DNA from: Octopus bimaculoides
Lineage: Eukaryota
Direction: 5' to 3'
DNA: 64,000 nucleotides
NCBI RefSeq assembly: GCF_001194135.2
Contig: NC_068991.1
Span: forward strand, 20,841,407 to 20,905,406
Part shown: positions 40,794 through 52,490 of the stretch, piece after piece
Layout: each line of letters begins with the position of its first letter
Position numbering within the stretch: the stretch's first letter is position 1
Notes under the pieces: generated by a model
The model's input: the letters and a program-made list of their open reading frames with translations, nothing else
Database searches by the model: none
Told to the model about the DNA's origin: nothing
Position numbers and translations under genes: made by a program

Positions 40794-41724
40794 TTGGGGA
40801 AATTTCAAACCTGGGTTCTCATTCTTAAGGTATTTTTCAATGTTGTTGTTGTTATTATCATTATTATTATTATTATTATTATTCAAGTCACTGCCTGGAA
40901 TCAAACTTGGAATCTTGAGGCTAGTAGCTCATGCTCTTAACCACTATGCCATATGCCCATGGGCAATTATGGAGTGAATTTTAGGGCTTATAAATCTAAT
41001 ATTTTCCTATCCTTCCTTTTAGTTTTTGTATTTTCCAGTGATGTTCTCTGTCTATTATTTTAACTTCATCCCACAGGGGGAGGTGATCTCCATTTTTCCA
41101 TACATGATCAGCTATATCCGATTTATCAATATCTCCTGGTGTCACAGCTTTGCGATGTTCCTCTACCCTTATTTTGAGGGGGTGGCATGTTTTGTCTTTG
41201 TACAACCTACCACAGTTGCATGGGATGGAGTACACGCAGTTTTTGGTCATATTCTCTTCTATTGGTGGTTTTATCCGAAGGAGATATTTGCAAAGTCTTG
41301 TATTACTCTTGAATACTGTCCTGATATCACATGGGCCACATATCTTTTGTATCTTTTCAGAGAGGCCTTTCACATAGGGTAGACAGACTGTGGACGGTTT
41401 ATTGGTTTCATCCTCACTTTTCTTCATAACTGAAGTAGATAGAATGTTTTTTGAGGTGGTTGTTGCTTAATAGATTGTTACTGAGCTGGATCATTTCTTT
41501 GTGGTGGGTATCAAGAAGGCTACTTATATTCTTTGCTCGATGTTTTAGGCTTTTGGTATACGGATGTCCTGAATCCATACTTGGTGCATGTAATTAATAC
41601 GTCCAGGAATGCTAGCTGATTGTCTTTTTCCTTTTTCATTGTGAAAAACAACAGCAGCAGCAACAACAACAAAAACATTGAAAAATACCTTAGGAATGAG
41701 AACCCAGGTTTGAAATTTCCCCAA

Positions 41725-41770
41725 GACACCTGATGAAGGCTGGATAGTATATCAGCTGAAATGTTGTGTT
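41725..41770 (+). ncRNA. Minimal hammerhead ribozyme motif, copy with stem III C>T
   Basis: GACAC-CTGATGA-A-GGCTG(gatagtatat)CAGCT-GAAAT-GTT-GTGTT. Confidence 0.62.
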
Positions 41771-41984
41771 AACAACAAACAAGATGAGGACAAATATCCG
41801 TCAAATGTAAATAATGTACATAATGTACATAAGNNNNNNNNNNNNNNNNNNNNNNNNNNNNNNNNNNNNNNNNNNNNNNNNNNNNNNNNNNNNNNNNNNN
41901 NNNNNNNNNNNNNNNNNNNNNNNNNNGAACAACAACATCAAAAAATACCTTAGGAGTGAGAACCCAGGTTCAAAACTTCCCCAA

Positions 41985-42030
41985 GACACCTGATGAAGGC
42001 TGGAGGGTATATTAGCCGAAACGTTGTGTT
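41985..42030 (+). ncRNA. Minimal type I hammerhead ribozyme motif (best-preserved copy)
   Basis: GACAC-CTGATGA-A-GGCTG(gagggtatat)TAGCC-GAAAC-GTT-GTGTT. Stem I GACAC/GTGTT, stem II with one G-U pair, loopless palindromic stem III AC/GT, predicted cleavage after GUU. Confidence 0.75.
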
Positions 42031-42520
42031 AACAACAAACAAGATGAGGACAAATATCCGTCAAATGTAAATAATGTACATAATGTACATAAGTCCTCAT
42101 CTCTTAAAAATAGAACTGAGATATTGATAAATCGGGTATAGCTGATCATGCATGGAAAAATGGAGACCACTTTCTCCTGTGGGATGAAGTTAAAATAATA
42201 GACAGAGAACACCACTGGAAAATATGAAAAGAAGCAGCACATATGCCAAGACACAACAACCTCCTAAGCAGACAGAGTGCAGATATGAACAGCATATGGG
42301 AACCGGTATAAAGGAAGGATAAGAGAATATTAGATTTATAAGCCCTAAAATTCACTCCATAATTGCCCATGGGCATATTGCATAGTAGTTAAGAGCACTG
42401 GGTACTAACCTCAAGATTCTGAGTTTGATCGAAGGCAGTGACCTGAATAATAACAACAATAATAATTATAACATCGAAAAATACCTTAGAAATGAGAACC
42501 CAGGTTCGAAATTTCCCAAA

Positions 42521-42549
42521 GACACCTGATGAAGGTGAAACGTTGTGTT
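42521..42549 (+). ncRNA. Degenerate hammerhead motif with stem II deleted
   Basis: GACAC-CTGATGA-AGGT-GAAAC-GTT-GTGTT. Confidence 0.5.
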
Positions 42550-42706
42550 AACAACAAACAAGATGAGGACAAATATGAGGTCAAATGTAAATAACGTAAA
42601 TAATGTCCATTGTTTTCAAAAGTTAGCTTTACAGACCAGATTCACAACAATCTATTTATATTGGCGCTTTAAACCCAATGATTTGTATGAATATTCATGT
42701 GTTTAC

Positions 42707-42817
42707 CTCTTTGAATTCGAGAACACTCCGATATTCTCTGGAGATAGAATTTATTTGAAGTTCTGAACATTCAGCTTTATCTTCCAGATCCTTATTTAGT
42801 TTCTTCAACCAGTCATT
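42707..42817 (-). CDS. TRIP11: TRIP11 coding exon 3 (NDWLKKLNKDLEDKAECSELQINSISREYRSVLEFKE)
   Basis: Strong polypyrimidine tract plus cag|AAT acceptor; 111 nt; donor GAG|GTAAAC; phase 0-0. Aligns with recalled human [37 protein letters not shown]. Absent from the ORF track (too short). Confidence 0.92.
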
Positions 42818-43136
42818 CTGAAAAAGAAAAGAAAAAAAGAAAACAAAAACAAATGATTGTCATAGAAAAAACATTTGGGGTACTGAGTTCTTATTTATCC
42901 ACCATCATCACAACCACCACCTTTGATGCATTGAAGCTATGATCAAAGATGTTTCAGCCATGACTATCCCATCTTTAAGTGTTTCAGCAACTGATTTCAG
43001 GGAGATTTGGTAGCTACTTCTAGCAGATTGGGAAACAACATAAAGGCTCCCTCAGCCTAAATTTTATTAGTCTGGGAATGATAGCAATGCCTATGTAGGT
43101 TATTTTGTCTATTTTATGCCCTCCTAGACTGGAGTG

Positions 43137-43511
43137 GTGGAGGCGCAATGGCCCAGTGGTTAGGGCAGCGGACTCGCGGTCATAGGATCGCGGTTTCGAT
43201 TCCCACACTGGGTGTTGTGAGTGTTTATTGAGTGAAAACACCTAAAGCTCCACAAGGCTCCGACAGGGGATGGTGGCGAATCCTGCTGTACTCTTTCACC
43301 ACAACCTTCTCTTCCTGTTTCTGTTGTGCCTGTATTTCAAAGGGCCAACCTTGTCACACTGTGTCACGCTGAATAACCCCGAGAACTATGTTAAGGGTAC
43401 ATGTGTCTGTGGAGTGCTCAGCCACTTGCATGCTAATTTCACGAGCAGGCTGTTCCGTTGATCGGATCAACTGGAACCCTCGACGTCGTAAGCGACGGAG
43501 TGCCAACAACA
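43137..43511 (+). mobile_element. tRNA-derived SINE, family A, near full length, with TSD
   Basis: Head GGAGGCGCAATGGCCCAGTGGTTAGGGCAGCGGACTCGC with A box and B box (GTTTCGATTCC); (CAA)n tail; TSD AGACTGGAGTG at 43126-43136 and 43512-43522. Confidence 0.9.
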
Positions 43512-46258
43512 AGACTGGAGTGAGAGAAAGGATAGCGACAAGAACTGCTTTAGTCAAGTTTAATTCAGTTGATGTTTCCGTTAGAACTCCAGCAAGAAGC
43601 TATTCAGAAGCTATGCAAGGCAGATCGAGTTTGGTGCACCTCAGAAGAGAAAGAATTAGACAAAACTATTTATTATGGTAGCAATGGCTGAGTGGGACAG
43701 AAAGAACAAGAGGTGAATGTATTGAGTGGGTTTAAAACAGGAAGATATTGTGGAACAGACTGGAAAATTCAAAGTTGCAAGCATTCAGATTATCAAGTTA
43801 ATAACGTTTTATTGTTGATGTTGCAATTCCTTTGAAGTTGAGCTCTGCTCAAATAAACTTTTGACAACATTGGAGTAGCTGATTTAACTATCCTCCACAT
43901 CTTGACGGAGAAAGTAAGGGTTTTGTAAAAGAACAACAATCAAAAAGTTATAACGACAAATAAGTCCAAGCATGGCTGCATGGTAAGAATTGCTACTAAA
44001 ACTTTAAAAACTCAAGTGAGGTCCACAGCAGCATATTGTTCTCGCATCCAGGATGCCTGCATGCCATAGGCACACAGGCCATGCTGTCTCCTTTCTCTGC
44101 TTTTGCTACTGATACAATAATGGCCTCTGCTCCATATAACTGCTGGACTTATACCATTTCTACTCAGACATTCCTGACCAACTCATCTCTCCACCAAAGC
44201 CCGTCCCCTAAAGTGCTGCACCAGACACTACTCCCAGACCTTCCTTTCCATAAGGTCATCCTTCTGGAACTCTCTCTGCTAATGTCTTTTCTGTTGTACC
44301 CCACAGCTCTCAAAAAGCCTGCACAGACTAGGGGCACTGCCTCTTCCTTCCGATCCAGTAATTAAATTTAAAAAAAAAAAAGGCATCACACTCATTCACT
44401 ACTGCATACCCAGAACAATAATTTTAGCTAATTAAATGACACCATTTATACCCCTACACTTTTGCTTCTCTAGTACTGCCACTTGTCACCTTCTCCTCCT
44501 CCCTACACTTGCCCTCCTAACTGATATTCACCAATGACTATGCCTCCACCCATGTCTTCCATTCACAGTATCTACCTATCCCCATCTAAAACCATCTGTC
44601 ACACTTGCTTCACACACTGGTGAACTTACCTACCCACCTACCCTTTCTGATCTACTGTCCCTATTCTTTTTATTATAATCATCTACTTTAAGGGTACACT
44701 TTCACCATCTCTTTTCTCTCTTTCCAACTGGGTAGCCATGTATCTCCTCTTTAGCAAAACACCTGTTTCACTCCCTGTATCATACTTTACTCAACAACTG
44801 GCACAAAGCCGCCTCACTCTATACCTACACTCCCACTCAGATGAGTGGGGTCTTATCTTGTGAGTTACTTGGCAAACTCACGAATGGCAAGCCAGTACCA
44901 CAAAAAATGTACCCAGTAAACTTTGTAGAGTGGATGGAATTGGGAAGGGTATCTAGCTATAGAAATCATGCTAAAGCAGAAATTGGAACTCAAAACAGTC
45001 CACTGGCTTGTCAGATCCTGTGGAATCATCTAACCACTCCCAGCAAAGAAATCAGGCAATAAATGATGATGATGATGATGATGATAAACTTTTTTTGTGG
45101 AGAGAATTCCTTTATTCAGTTGTGTTAGTTCCTATTTGAATGTACATTTTCTTTCTTTTGTAATGCAGAAGGCATTGCTGTGAAATTTTCCCGTCATTCT
45201 GTCTAGTAAATCCTTCCTTTTTCACACAGCACCACCCATAAAAATGAAAATGGCTACTGGCAACAGCTGTGTACTCAATTTCACAAAACCAGAAGTGGTA
45301 ATAATCAACCCAAGTGGCTGAGGTATTGAATTATCAGCTCAAAAGTTACCAGTATTAGATTCCCCACAAATATTTTTGCTGTGTTTCCAGACAGGAAAAT
45401 TTATTCCACATTCTCAAACCTCAGATTATCAACAACACTCTTGATTGACAAAAGAGCTATAATGAAAACAATAACCAAATAATTCTAAGACATTTTCAAA
45501 ACATGAACTCATAAGATAATGTTTATATATATATATGTATATATACATAATACAAATGATATATGAGCATATGCATGTATACATACATATATGTACATAC
45601 CTACATCTACATGTATATATATAGATGCATATCCGGGAACAGGACGTCAGAAAAGGAACGGGAACATAAACAAAGCACAAAAAAACGACCTTTTTTAGGG
45701 ACAACAGAATGAACCCATAGGAAAACAGACGAGCCACTTATGGAACTTTATATATATANNNNNNNNNNNNNNNNNNNNNNNNNNNNNNNNNNNNNNNNNN
45801 NNNNNNNNNNNNNNNNNNNNNNNNNNNNNNNNNNNNNNNNNNNNNNNNNNNNNNNNNNNNNNNNNNNNNNNNNNNNNNNNNNNNNNNNNNNNNNNNNNNN
45901 NNNNNNNNNNNNNNNNNNNNNNNNNNNNNNNNNNNNNNNNNNNNNNNNNNNNNNNNNNNNNNNNNNNNNNNNNNNNNNNNNNNNNNNNNNNNNNNNNNNN
46001 NNNNNNNNNNNNNNNNNNNNNNNNNNNNNNNNNNNNNNNNNNNNNNNNNNNNNNNNNNNNNNNNNNNNNNNNNNNNNNNNNNNNNNNNNNNNNNNNNNNN
46101 NNNNNNNNNNNNNNNNNNNNNNNNNNNNNNNNNNNNNNCTGAGCAGTTTCTTTTTAAATCATGTGACACGGCAATTTTGGCACGTGTCTTCTCCATAGCT
46201 CTGGGCCAACCAAAGCTTTGTGAGTGGACTTGGTACATGAAAACTGAATAGAGCCTAT

Positions 46259-46295
<37 letters not shown>

Positions 46296-46652
46296 CCTTG
46301 TCTTGACATCATATGATGGTTGTAGATAAGCATCACCATTATACAAATGATGACGTTTGTCTCCAGTCTTTGGTGAAAAATATGTCTGGCCACAGTAAAT
46401 ATCATCTAACCTGGAAGCAAGTGAGAGTTGGCAACAGGAAGGACATCTAGCCATAGAAAATCTGCTTCAATGAATTTCAATCGATCCATGCATGTATGGA
46501 AAAGAAAACACTAAAACAATGATGATGATGATGGTGGTGCTGGTGGATCTTATTGGTTTTCAATGATGTGTATTCAATTATTTAATCAATTGAACGTTTG
46601 CTCCATAAAATTAGGATGTTGGGTATGCCACAAACACATGTACCCTCAAGGG

Positions 46653-47100
46653 TACAAGATGCATTCTAGAAATTTTGAGACATTTATGAATTTCAATGAA
46701 GTACAAAGCCCTAATCTCCTTGAAAGTTGAATCCTCTGGCTTCAATACACTTGTTATAGCACTCCAGCCATTTCATGAAAGCCCTATGGAAGTTCTCCAA
46801 AGTAAAGGTGTCCAAGACCCTTGTTACAATCTCCTTCATCAACTCATTCAGCTTGGGGAAACAACAAAAAGTCACAGGGAGTAAGATCTGGACTGTAGGG
46901 ACAGTGAAAGACAGATTTGATGTCCACCTCTGTTAAGTAGCTGGTTACCAGGATGGATCTGAGTCCTGGGGCAGGTGCTATGGCCTATTGTGATGAAATG
47001 TCTTTCTGAACTCCCTTAAAATCTCCACATTGTGCTCAGAGAGAACCCAGTGGATGTAGATGATGCCCTTGCAGTTGAAAAATGGAATCATCATGAACTT
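46653..47100 (-). mobile_element. Mariner transposase 3' fragment with terminal repeat
   Basis: KFMMIPFFNCKGIIYIHW, YSPDLTPCDF and FMKWLECYNKCIEARG motifs. TIR-like tacaagatgcattctagaaattttgagac at the left end. Confidence 0.8.
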
Positions 47101-47308
47101 CATGGTGGATGGATGGATGGACAGACAGACAGACATATATATGAGTGTAGTAGTTTGTTTGAAGCATTGTCACAAAATAAAAAATGAAAGCAAAGAGAAA
47201 TGAAAAAAAGTTTCTAACGATGCAGGAAGTTTTACAAACAACCTTTATATTTCAGATGCAAAGGCATATCGTCAGAAATATGTTTTTTTATTGACTTCTT
47301 GGACTACT

Positions 47309-47347
47309 TCCTTCTGAAGACAGGTCACTGTGCTGAAATATAAAGGA
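47309..47347 (+). ncRNA. Minimal hammerhead-like motif of a second family
   Basis: TCCTT-CTGAAGA-C-AG(gtcactgtg)CT-GAAAT-ATA-AAGGA. 5-bp stem I, palindromic stem III AT/AT, weak stem II. An inverted, more degenerate partner lies at about 47243-47278. Confidence 0.45.
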
Positions 47348-48284
47348 TTTTTGTAAAACTTTCTGCATTGTTAGAAGCTGTCTTTGTTTCCCTTTTCTTT
47401 CATTTTTTTTTCCCCTTACATGTATGTTATGATTATGTATTTGTTTTGCTAGATTCCTGATGTGAAATCATGTTGAAACAGATATTGTTACATATATATG
47501 TTTGCACGAATTAGATAGAATTCATTGAGGTATTTCTATTACCAACTCACATCTGTTTCCAAGTGAGGCGTAAGATTGGAGAGAGAAAAAGACCACCTAT
47601 ACAACAGAGATGTTCATTTATAACCTTTATATGATGCAAAGACAGGGAGACAAACTCACCCACACATATACATACATACATTTATATGTACAACAGGCTT
47701 CGTTCAGTTTCTATCAATTAAATTCACTTAAAAGGTTTCAGTCAACCTAGGGCTATAGCAGAAAACACTGGCCAAAAGTGCTATGCAGTGAGATTGAACC
47801 TGAAACCATGTGGTTGGAAAGCAACTTAACCACACAGTTTTATCTGGACCCACATACACAAACATGTATGTTTGTATTTATATATACATACATTTTTTTA
47901 TTCTTTTACTATTTTCAATCATTTGACTGTGGCCATGCTGGAACACTGCCTTGAAGGGTTTTAGTTGAACAAACTGATTCAAGAGTTATTCCTTGTAAAT
48001 CTAGTACTTATTCTATTAGTCTGTTTTACCGAACTGCTAAGTTATGGGGACATAAACACAAACATCATAAATATATACATACATACATATATACATACAT
48101 ATATATATATATATACACACACACACACGACAGGCTTCTTTCAGTTTCCATCTACTAAATCCACTTACAATGCTTTGGTAGGTCCGAGGCCATAGTAGAA
48201 TACACTTGCCCAAGGTGCTACACAGTGGAACTGAACTCAGAACCATGTGGCTGGGAAGCAAGCTTCTTAGCACAGAACTATGTC

Positions 48285-48348
<64 letters not shown>

Positions 48349-49329
48349 CACGCACATACACTCATGCATACACACACATACACACAATGCACGCACACAC
48401 GCACATATACATACATACATACATACATACATACATACATGAATGGGTAGTGAAATTGTAAAAAGCATATATGAACATTATTACTAATGCCTGATGTTCA
48501 GCAAATTTCAGGACCCTTCTTACATTAATAAATAATTAAAAGCATTAAACATTATAGATAATCACAATGAGCTACGTTTCTAATTATACACACTGACATT
48601 GACCTCCATCTATAATTATACATACTGTCACTGACCCATTGAAGCTATCCATACAATTACTGCTTAGCAATTAGAATTTATGTTTAAAGAAAATAAAATG
48701 TCAATACATTAGTACGTAATTCTACACTTTTATCATTTGGTCTGAGATTCTGTGGTGTTTGTATAACTTGATCATTTCTAGAAGAGGCAGAAGAGCACTT
48801 TGTTGACTGTGCTTGACAAGACATGGCCAATGCCGGTGTTTCATAACTGACACCCAAGCCAGTGGCACGTAAAAAGCACCCACTACACATTTGGGGTGGT
48901 TGGCATTAGGAAGGGCATCCAGCTGTAGAAACCATGTCAAATCAGGCTGGAACCTGGTGCAGCTCCCCAGCTTACCAGTTTTCAGTGAAGCTATCAGTCA
49001 AGCCAGAATGGAAAATAGACGTCAAATGATGATGATGATGATGATGATAGGTAGAGGGGAGTGGAACAATTGATTCAAATAAAACATGGGGGACCTGAGT
49101 GCTTGATTGGTCCTTTAATTTATTGGAGCCTGGTGTAGCCATCTGGTTTCACCAGTCCTCAGNNNNNNNNNNNNNNNNNNNNNNNNNNNNNNNNNNNNNN
49201 NNNNNNNNNNNNNNNNNNNNNNNNNNNNNNNNNNNNNNNNNNNNNNNNNNNNNNNNNNNNNNNNNNNNNNNNNNNNNNNNNNNNNNNNNNNNNNNNNNNN
49301 NNNNNNNNNNNNNNNNNNNNNNNNNATAT

Positions 49330-49640
49330 ATATACCGCCTGACTGGCCTTTGTAGGGTTTTCGAGCGAGATCGTTGCCAGTGCTCCTAGAGTGGCTCTTG
49401 TGCGGGTGGCACATAAAAGACACCATTTCGAGCGTGGCCGTTTTCATGCGGGTGACACGTAAAAGCACCCACTACACTCTCTGAGTGGTTGGCGTAAGGA
49501 AGGGCATCCAGTTGTAAAAACTCTGCCAAATTGGATTGGAGCCTGGTGTTGCCATCCGGTTTCACCAGTCCTCAGTCAAATCGTCCAACCCATGCTAGCA
49601 TGGAAAGCGGACGTTAAACGACGATGATGATGATGATGAA
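49330..49640 (+). mobile_element. Repeat family E (RTE-type 3' end with a (GAT)n tail)
   Basis: ...ttggcgtaaggaagggcatccagttgtaaaaac...ccaacccatgctagcatggaaagcggacgttaaacgacgatgatg. Other copies lie at about 11915-12056(-), 13580-13980(-), 37160-37720(-), 44840-45085(+), 48815-49047(+), 54760-54965(+) and 55040-55290(+). Confidence 0.78.
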
Positions 49641-50691
49641 TAAGGATGAAAGGGTAAGTCAAACCAAGTTGGGATTTAACCCTTTTCAGATTTATCTGCC
49701 TTAGATCAGCCTTGGCTTTATGATACAAACTATGTTTTTATAGTAAGCTTTCCATCAAAGTATCAAGTTAATTTATGTTTCAAACACCAGTTTAAAACGA
49801 GTTAATTTATTAAATTCTTTTCAAAAATAACTGAAACAAAGGCAGTGTATTTCAAAAGGGAGAAACTCGGAACAATAAAGGAACATAATTGAATTATTAA
49901 ATGCTGTTGTTGCTGTTTAGTCAAGGTCAATCGTAACAGAGTAGAGCTATGACGAAAGTCCAACCATGACACTCCTGCCATTGTAGAAGTAGCCATGTTG
50001 AAATTATTCAATGCATCTCTTCTCCCTTGAAGATGACAGGGTGTGACCTGAGAGAGATTTAGCTACCATTTCCTCAGGTTGTGCAGAGTATAGAGAATAG
50101 AATGGATGATAGAGAGACGACAGGAAGAGATGAGGGGTAGCAGATGGTGATTCAACAGGTACAAATGGTTGAAAAGCCAAAATGTATCTTGTATAACAAC
50201 TGTTATTTCCTAATTGCTCACCCCTTGACAGTATGAAAAATGAGTAATATTTCCTTCAAACTTTGCTTCTGATGCATTTATTCAAACTGCAAAGAATCCC
50301 TCTCAACACATAGCTATGATGTTCCCCACCACTACTTTTGTTCGTGATCAGTGATGTTCATATTGGCAGCCGCTAAGGGACAAGCTCAAGTGATTAAGGT
50401 TAAGCGATTAGCAAACATATCTGTGATACTGAGCAGAATATTTGCTATAACAATATTTCTGCTTCAGTAACTCAGTGCTGAATGTCTGAGATATAACAGA
50501 AAATAGGTCAGTTTCAAAACATTGATACCTGGGTAACAAAAGCAAATCTTGAAGGGAATGGGGTCATTTCCTTTGATTTCTAGATAGAACTAAATATGAA
50601 ACAACACTTACTGACCAAAGACAAAAAATTTTTTTTATTTTGTTACAGTGTTATATATACTAGCCTCATGACTAACCTACCACCAATTTAA

Positions 50692-50734
<43 letters not shown>

Positions 50735-50856
50735 TTTATCCTTTGCATCTTTCAATCTTCAGACTGTGGCTATGCTGGGGCACCGCCTTCAACATCTTTA
50801 ATTGAGCAAATTGACCCCAGTACTTTTTGTTAAGCCCAGTACTTATTCCATAAGCC

Positions 50857-51635
50857 TATGCATGTCCTCAGCAATCAGAGCCCATGTTTCACTACCATGT
50901 AGCATGGCTGTTCATACACAGGTATCATACAGTTTACCTTTCACTCTGAGCAAGAGGCCCTTTGTCACCAGCAGAGGTAGGAGCTCTCTGAACTTTGCCC
51001 AGGCTATTCTTATTCTAGTAGCTACACTCTCAGAGCATCCACCCCCACTACTGACTTGGTCACCTAAGTAACGGAAGCTATCAACTAAGTCTAGTTTTTC
51101 CCCCGACATATGATGGAATCTGTTTTCTGTACATCTTTGGTGTTTATTGCACCTGTGCATCTGCCCACACACAAAAACTATCTTCCTAGTTAACCTTCCT
51201 CTGATATTGCTGCACCTCTTATGTGTCCATAGCTTACACCAGGTACATCTTATGGAGTTTCTACCTCTGCTTTTTCTACAGATCGAGCAATCTACCTGAA
51301 GGGATTTATGATTTGTCTGCCTTCCTACTAACTAAGACTTTGGTTTTTGCTAGGTTGACTCAAAGGCCCTTTGATTCTAGACCTTGCTTCCACACCTGAA
51401 ACAACTTCTCAAGTTCTGGCAGTGACTCAGCTATTAGAACAAGGTCATCAGCAAAGAGGAGCTCCCAGGGGTAGCCTATCTTGAATTCCTCTGTTATTAC
51501 CTGGAGGACTATGATGAATAAGAGGGGGCTGTGGACTGATCCTTGGTGAACCACCACTTCTATCCAGAATTCTTCACTATAAATGTTGCTACTCCTCACC
51601 TTATTGACAGCCTCTACATGGCTTGATATGGAATG
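50857..51635 (-). mobile_element. RTE-clade LINE reverse transcriptase fragment (decayed)
   Basis: VHQGSVHSPLLF, LLFADDLVL, NLAKTKV, FRYLGDQV, AWAKFREL and HGSETW motifs, with stops and frameshifts. Confidence 0.9.
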
Positions 51636-51757
51636 AAGTATATATACACATGTGTATATGTAAGTGTGTGTGTATGTATATATATATATATATATATAGA
51701 AAGAGAGAGATAGACAGACAGATACACACACACACACACATATACATGCATGTGTGT

Positions 51758-51792
<35 letters not shown>

Positions 51793-51970
51793 GTATGTGT
51801 CTGTACAGTGTGTAGGTAAATATATCATCATTGCCTTTACATATACCTTATGATGTATCAGTTGGACATTATATATAACATACATATGTGTGTGTGTATT
51901 TATGCACATATATACATATATATAGGCAGACAGACATATAGAGTATATATATATATATATATATATATAA

Positions 51971-52051
<81 letters not shown>

Positions 52052-52413
52052 TATATACATTACGTATAATCATACACACACATAACTATATATGACAGAG
52101 ACTTGTCTGTCCTGTCACATTGCCAACTGTTACAAAGTCAACAGTAGCTTCTTTGTCCTGTCATAATGTCATGAAATACCATTACTGGTGTTATTTCATC
52201 TCGTTAAAAGTTGTTTCCAGTTAATCGGTGTCACCAGTCATTTAAAAAGCAAAGAAACACTCTTCGTGCAAAGAAGGAATTTCACCTAAAATTTAATATT
52301 TCATATAAATAAAGAGTGTGGCCGAAAGACCTCCCATATTTTGCTAGGCCAACAATTGAGAATAAGGGAGTTTTCTTTTTGCTGCACCCTATATAAATTC
52401 TACCAGAACTCAC

Positions 52414-52490
52414 CTCAGATTTTAGTGCCAAAGTTGTATTTTCCAGTTCCTGGATTTTCTTCTGTGCCAGATGTAATTCAGTCACATGAT
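52414..52490 (-). CDS. TRIP11: TRIP11 coding exon 2 (D-HVTELHLAQKKIQELENTTLALKSE)
   Basis: Acceptor tttcag|AT completes the phase-1 codon from exon 1 (GAT). 77 nt, donor GAG|GTGAGT, phase 0. Coiled-coil sequence ending in KSE, like human LRSE. Confidence 0.88.

Larger units (their letters stand above)
40593..42610. mobile_element. Penelope-like element cluster with inverted and tandem terminal repeats
   Basis: Minus-strand GIY-YIG-type endonuclease remnant at about 41035-41427 (VCLPYVKGLSE...CVYSIPCNCGRLY...RVEEH) and RT C-terminus at about 41540-41645 (FTMKKEKDNQLAFLDVLIT...TSVYQKP). A ~150-bp hammerhead-bearing repeat occurs at about 40693(-), 41680(+), 41935(+) and 42475(+). Confidence 0.88.

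Noticed and set aside
40693-42610. Repeat-spacer pattern superficially like a CRISPR array
   Set aside because: Units are about 150 bp, occur in both orientations, carry hammerheads and adjoin Penelope coding remnants. The context is eukaryotic.
43137-43215. tRNA gene candidates (SINE heads and the Penelope repeat head)
   Set aside because: A and B boxes are present, but there is no complete cloverleaf or acceptor stem and each continues into a repeat body.
188-43511. Strand bias of family A SINEs (about 7 sense versus 1 antisense within TRIP11)
   Set aside because: Too few copies to interpret, and a further diverged plus-strand fragment at about 35850-35940 weakens it.
43700-43870. Possible RLE-LINE remnant (..IVDVAIP..)
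   Set aside because: Single short motif; insufficient support.
48684-48810. ORF CQAQSTKCSSASSRNDQV... as an extra TRIP11 exon
   Set aside because: No similarity to GMAP-210. Exons 2 and 3 already join in phase, and the ORF begins inside a repeat.
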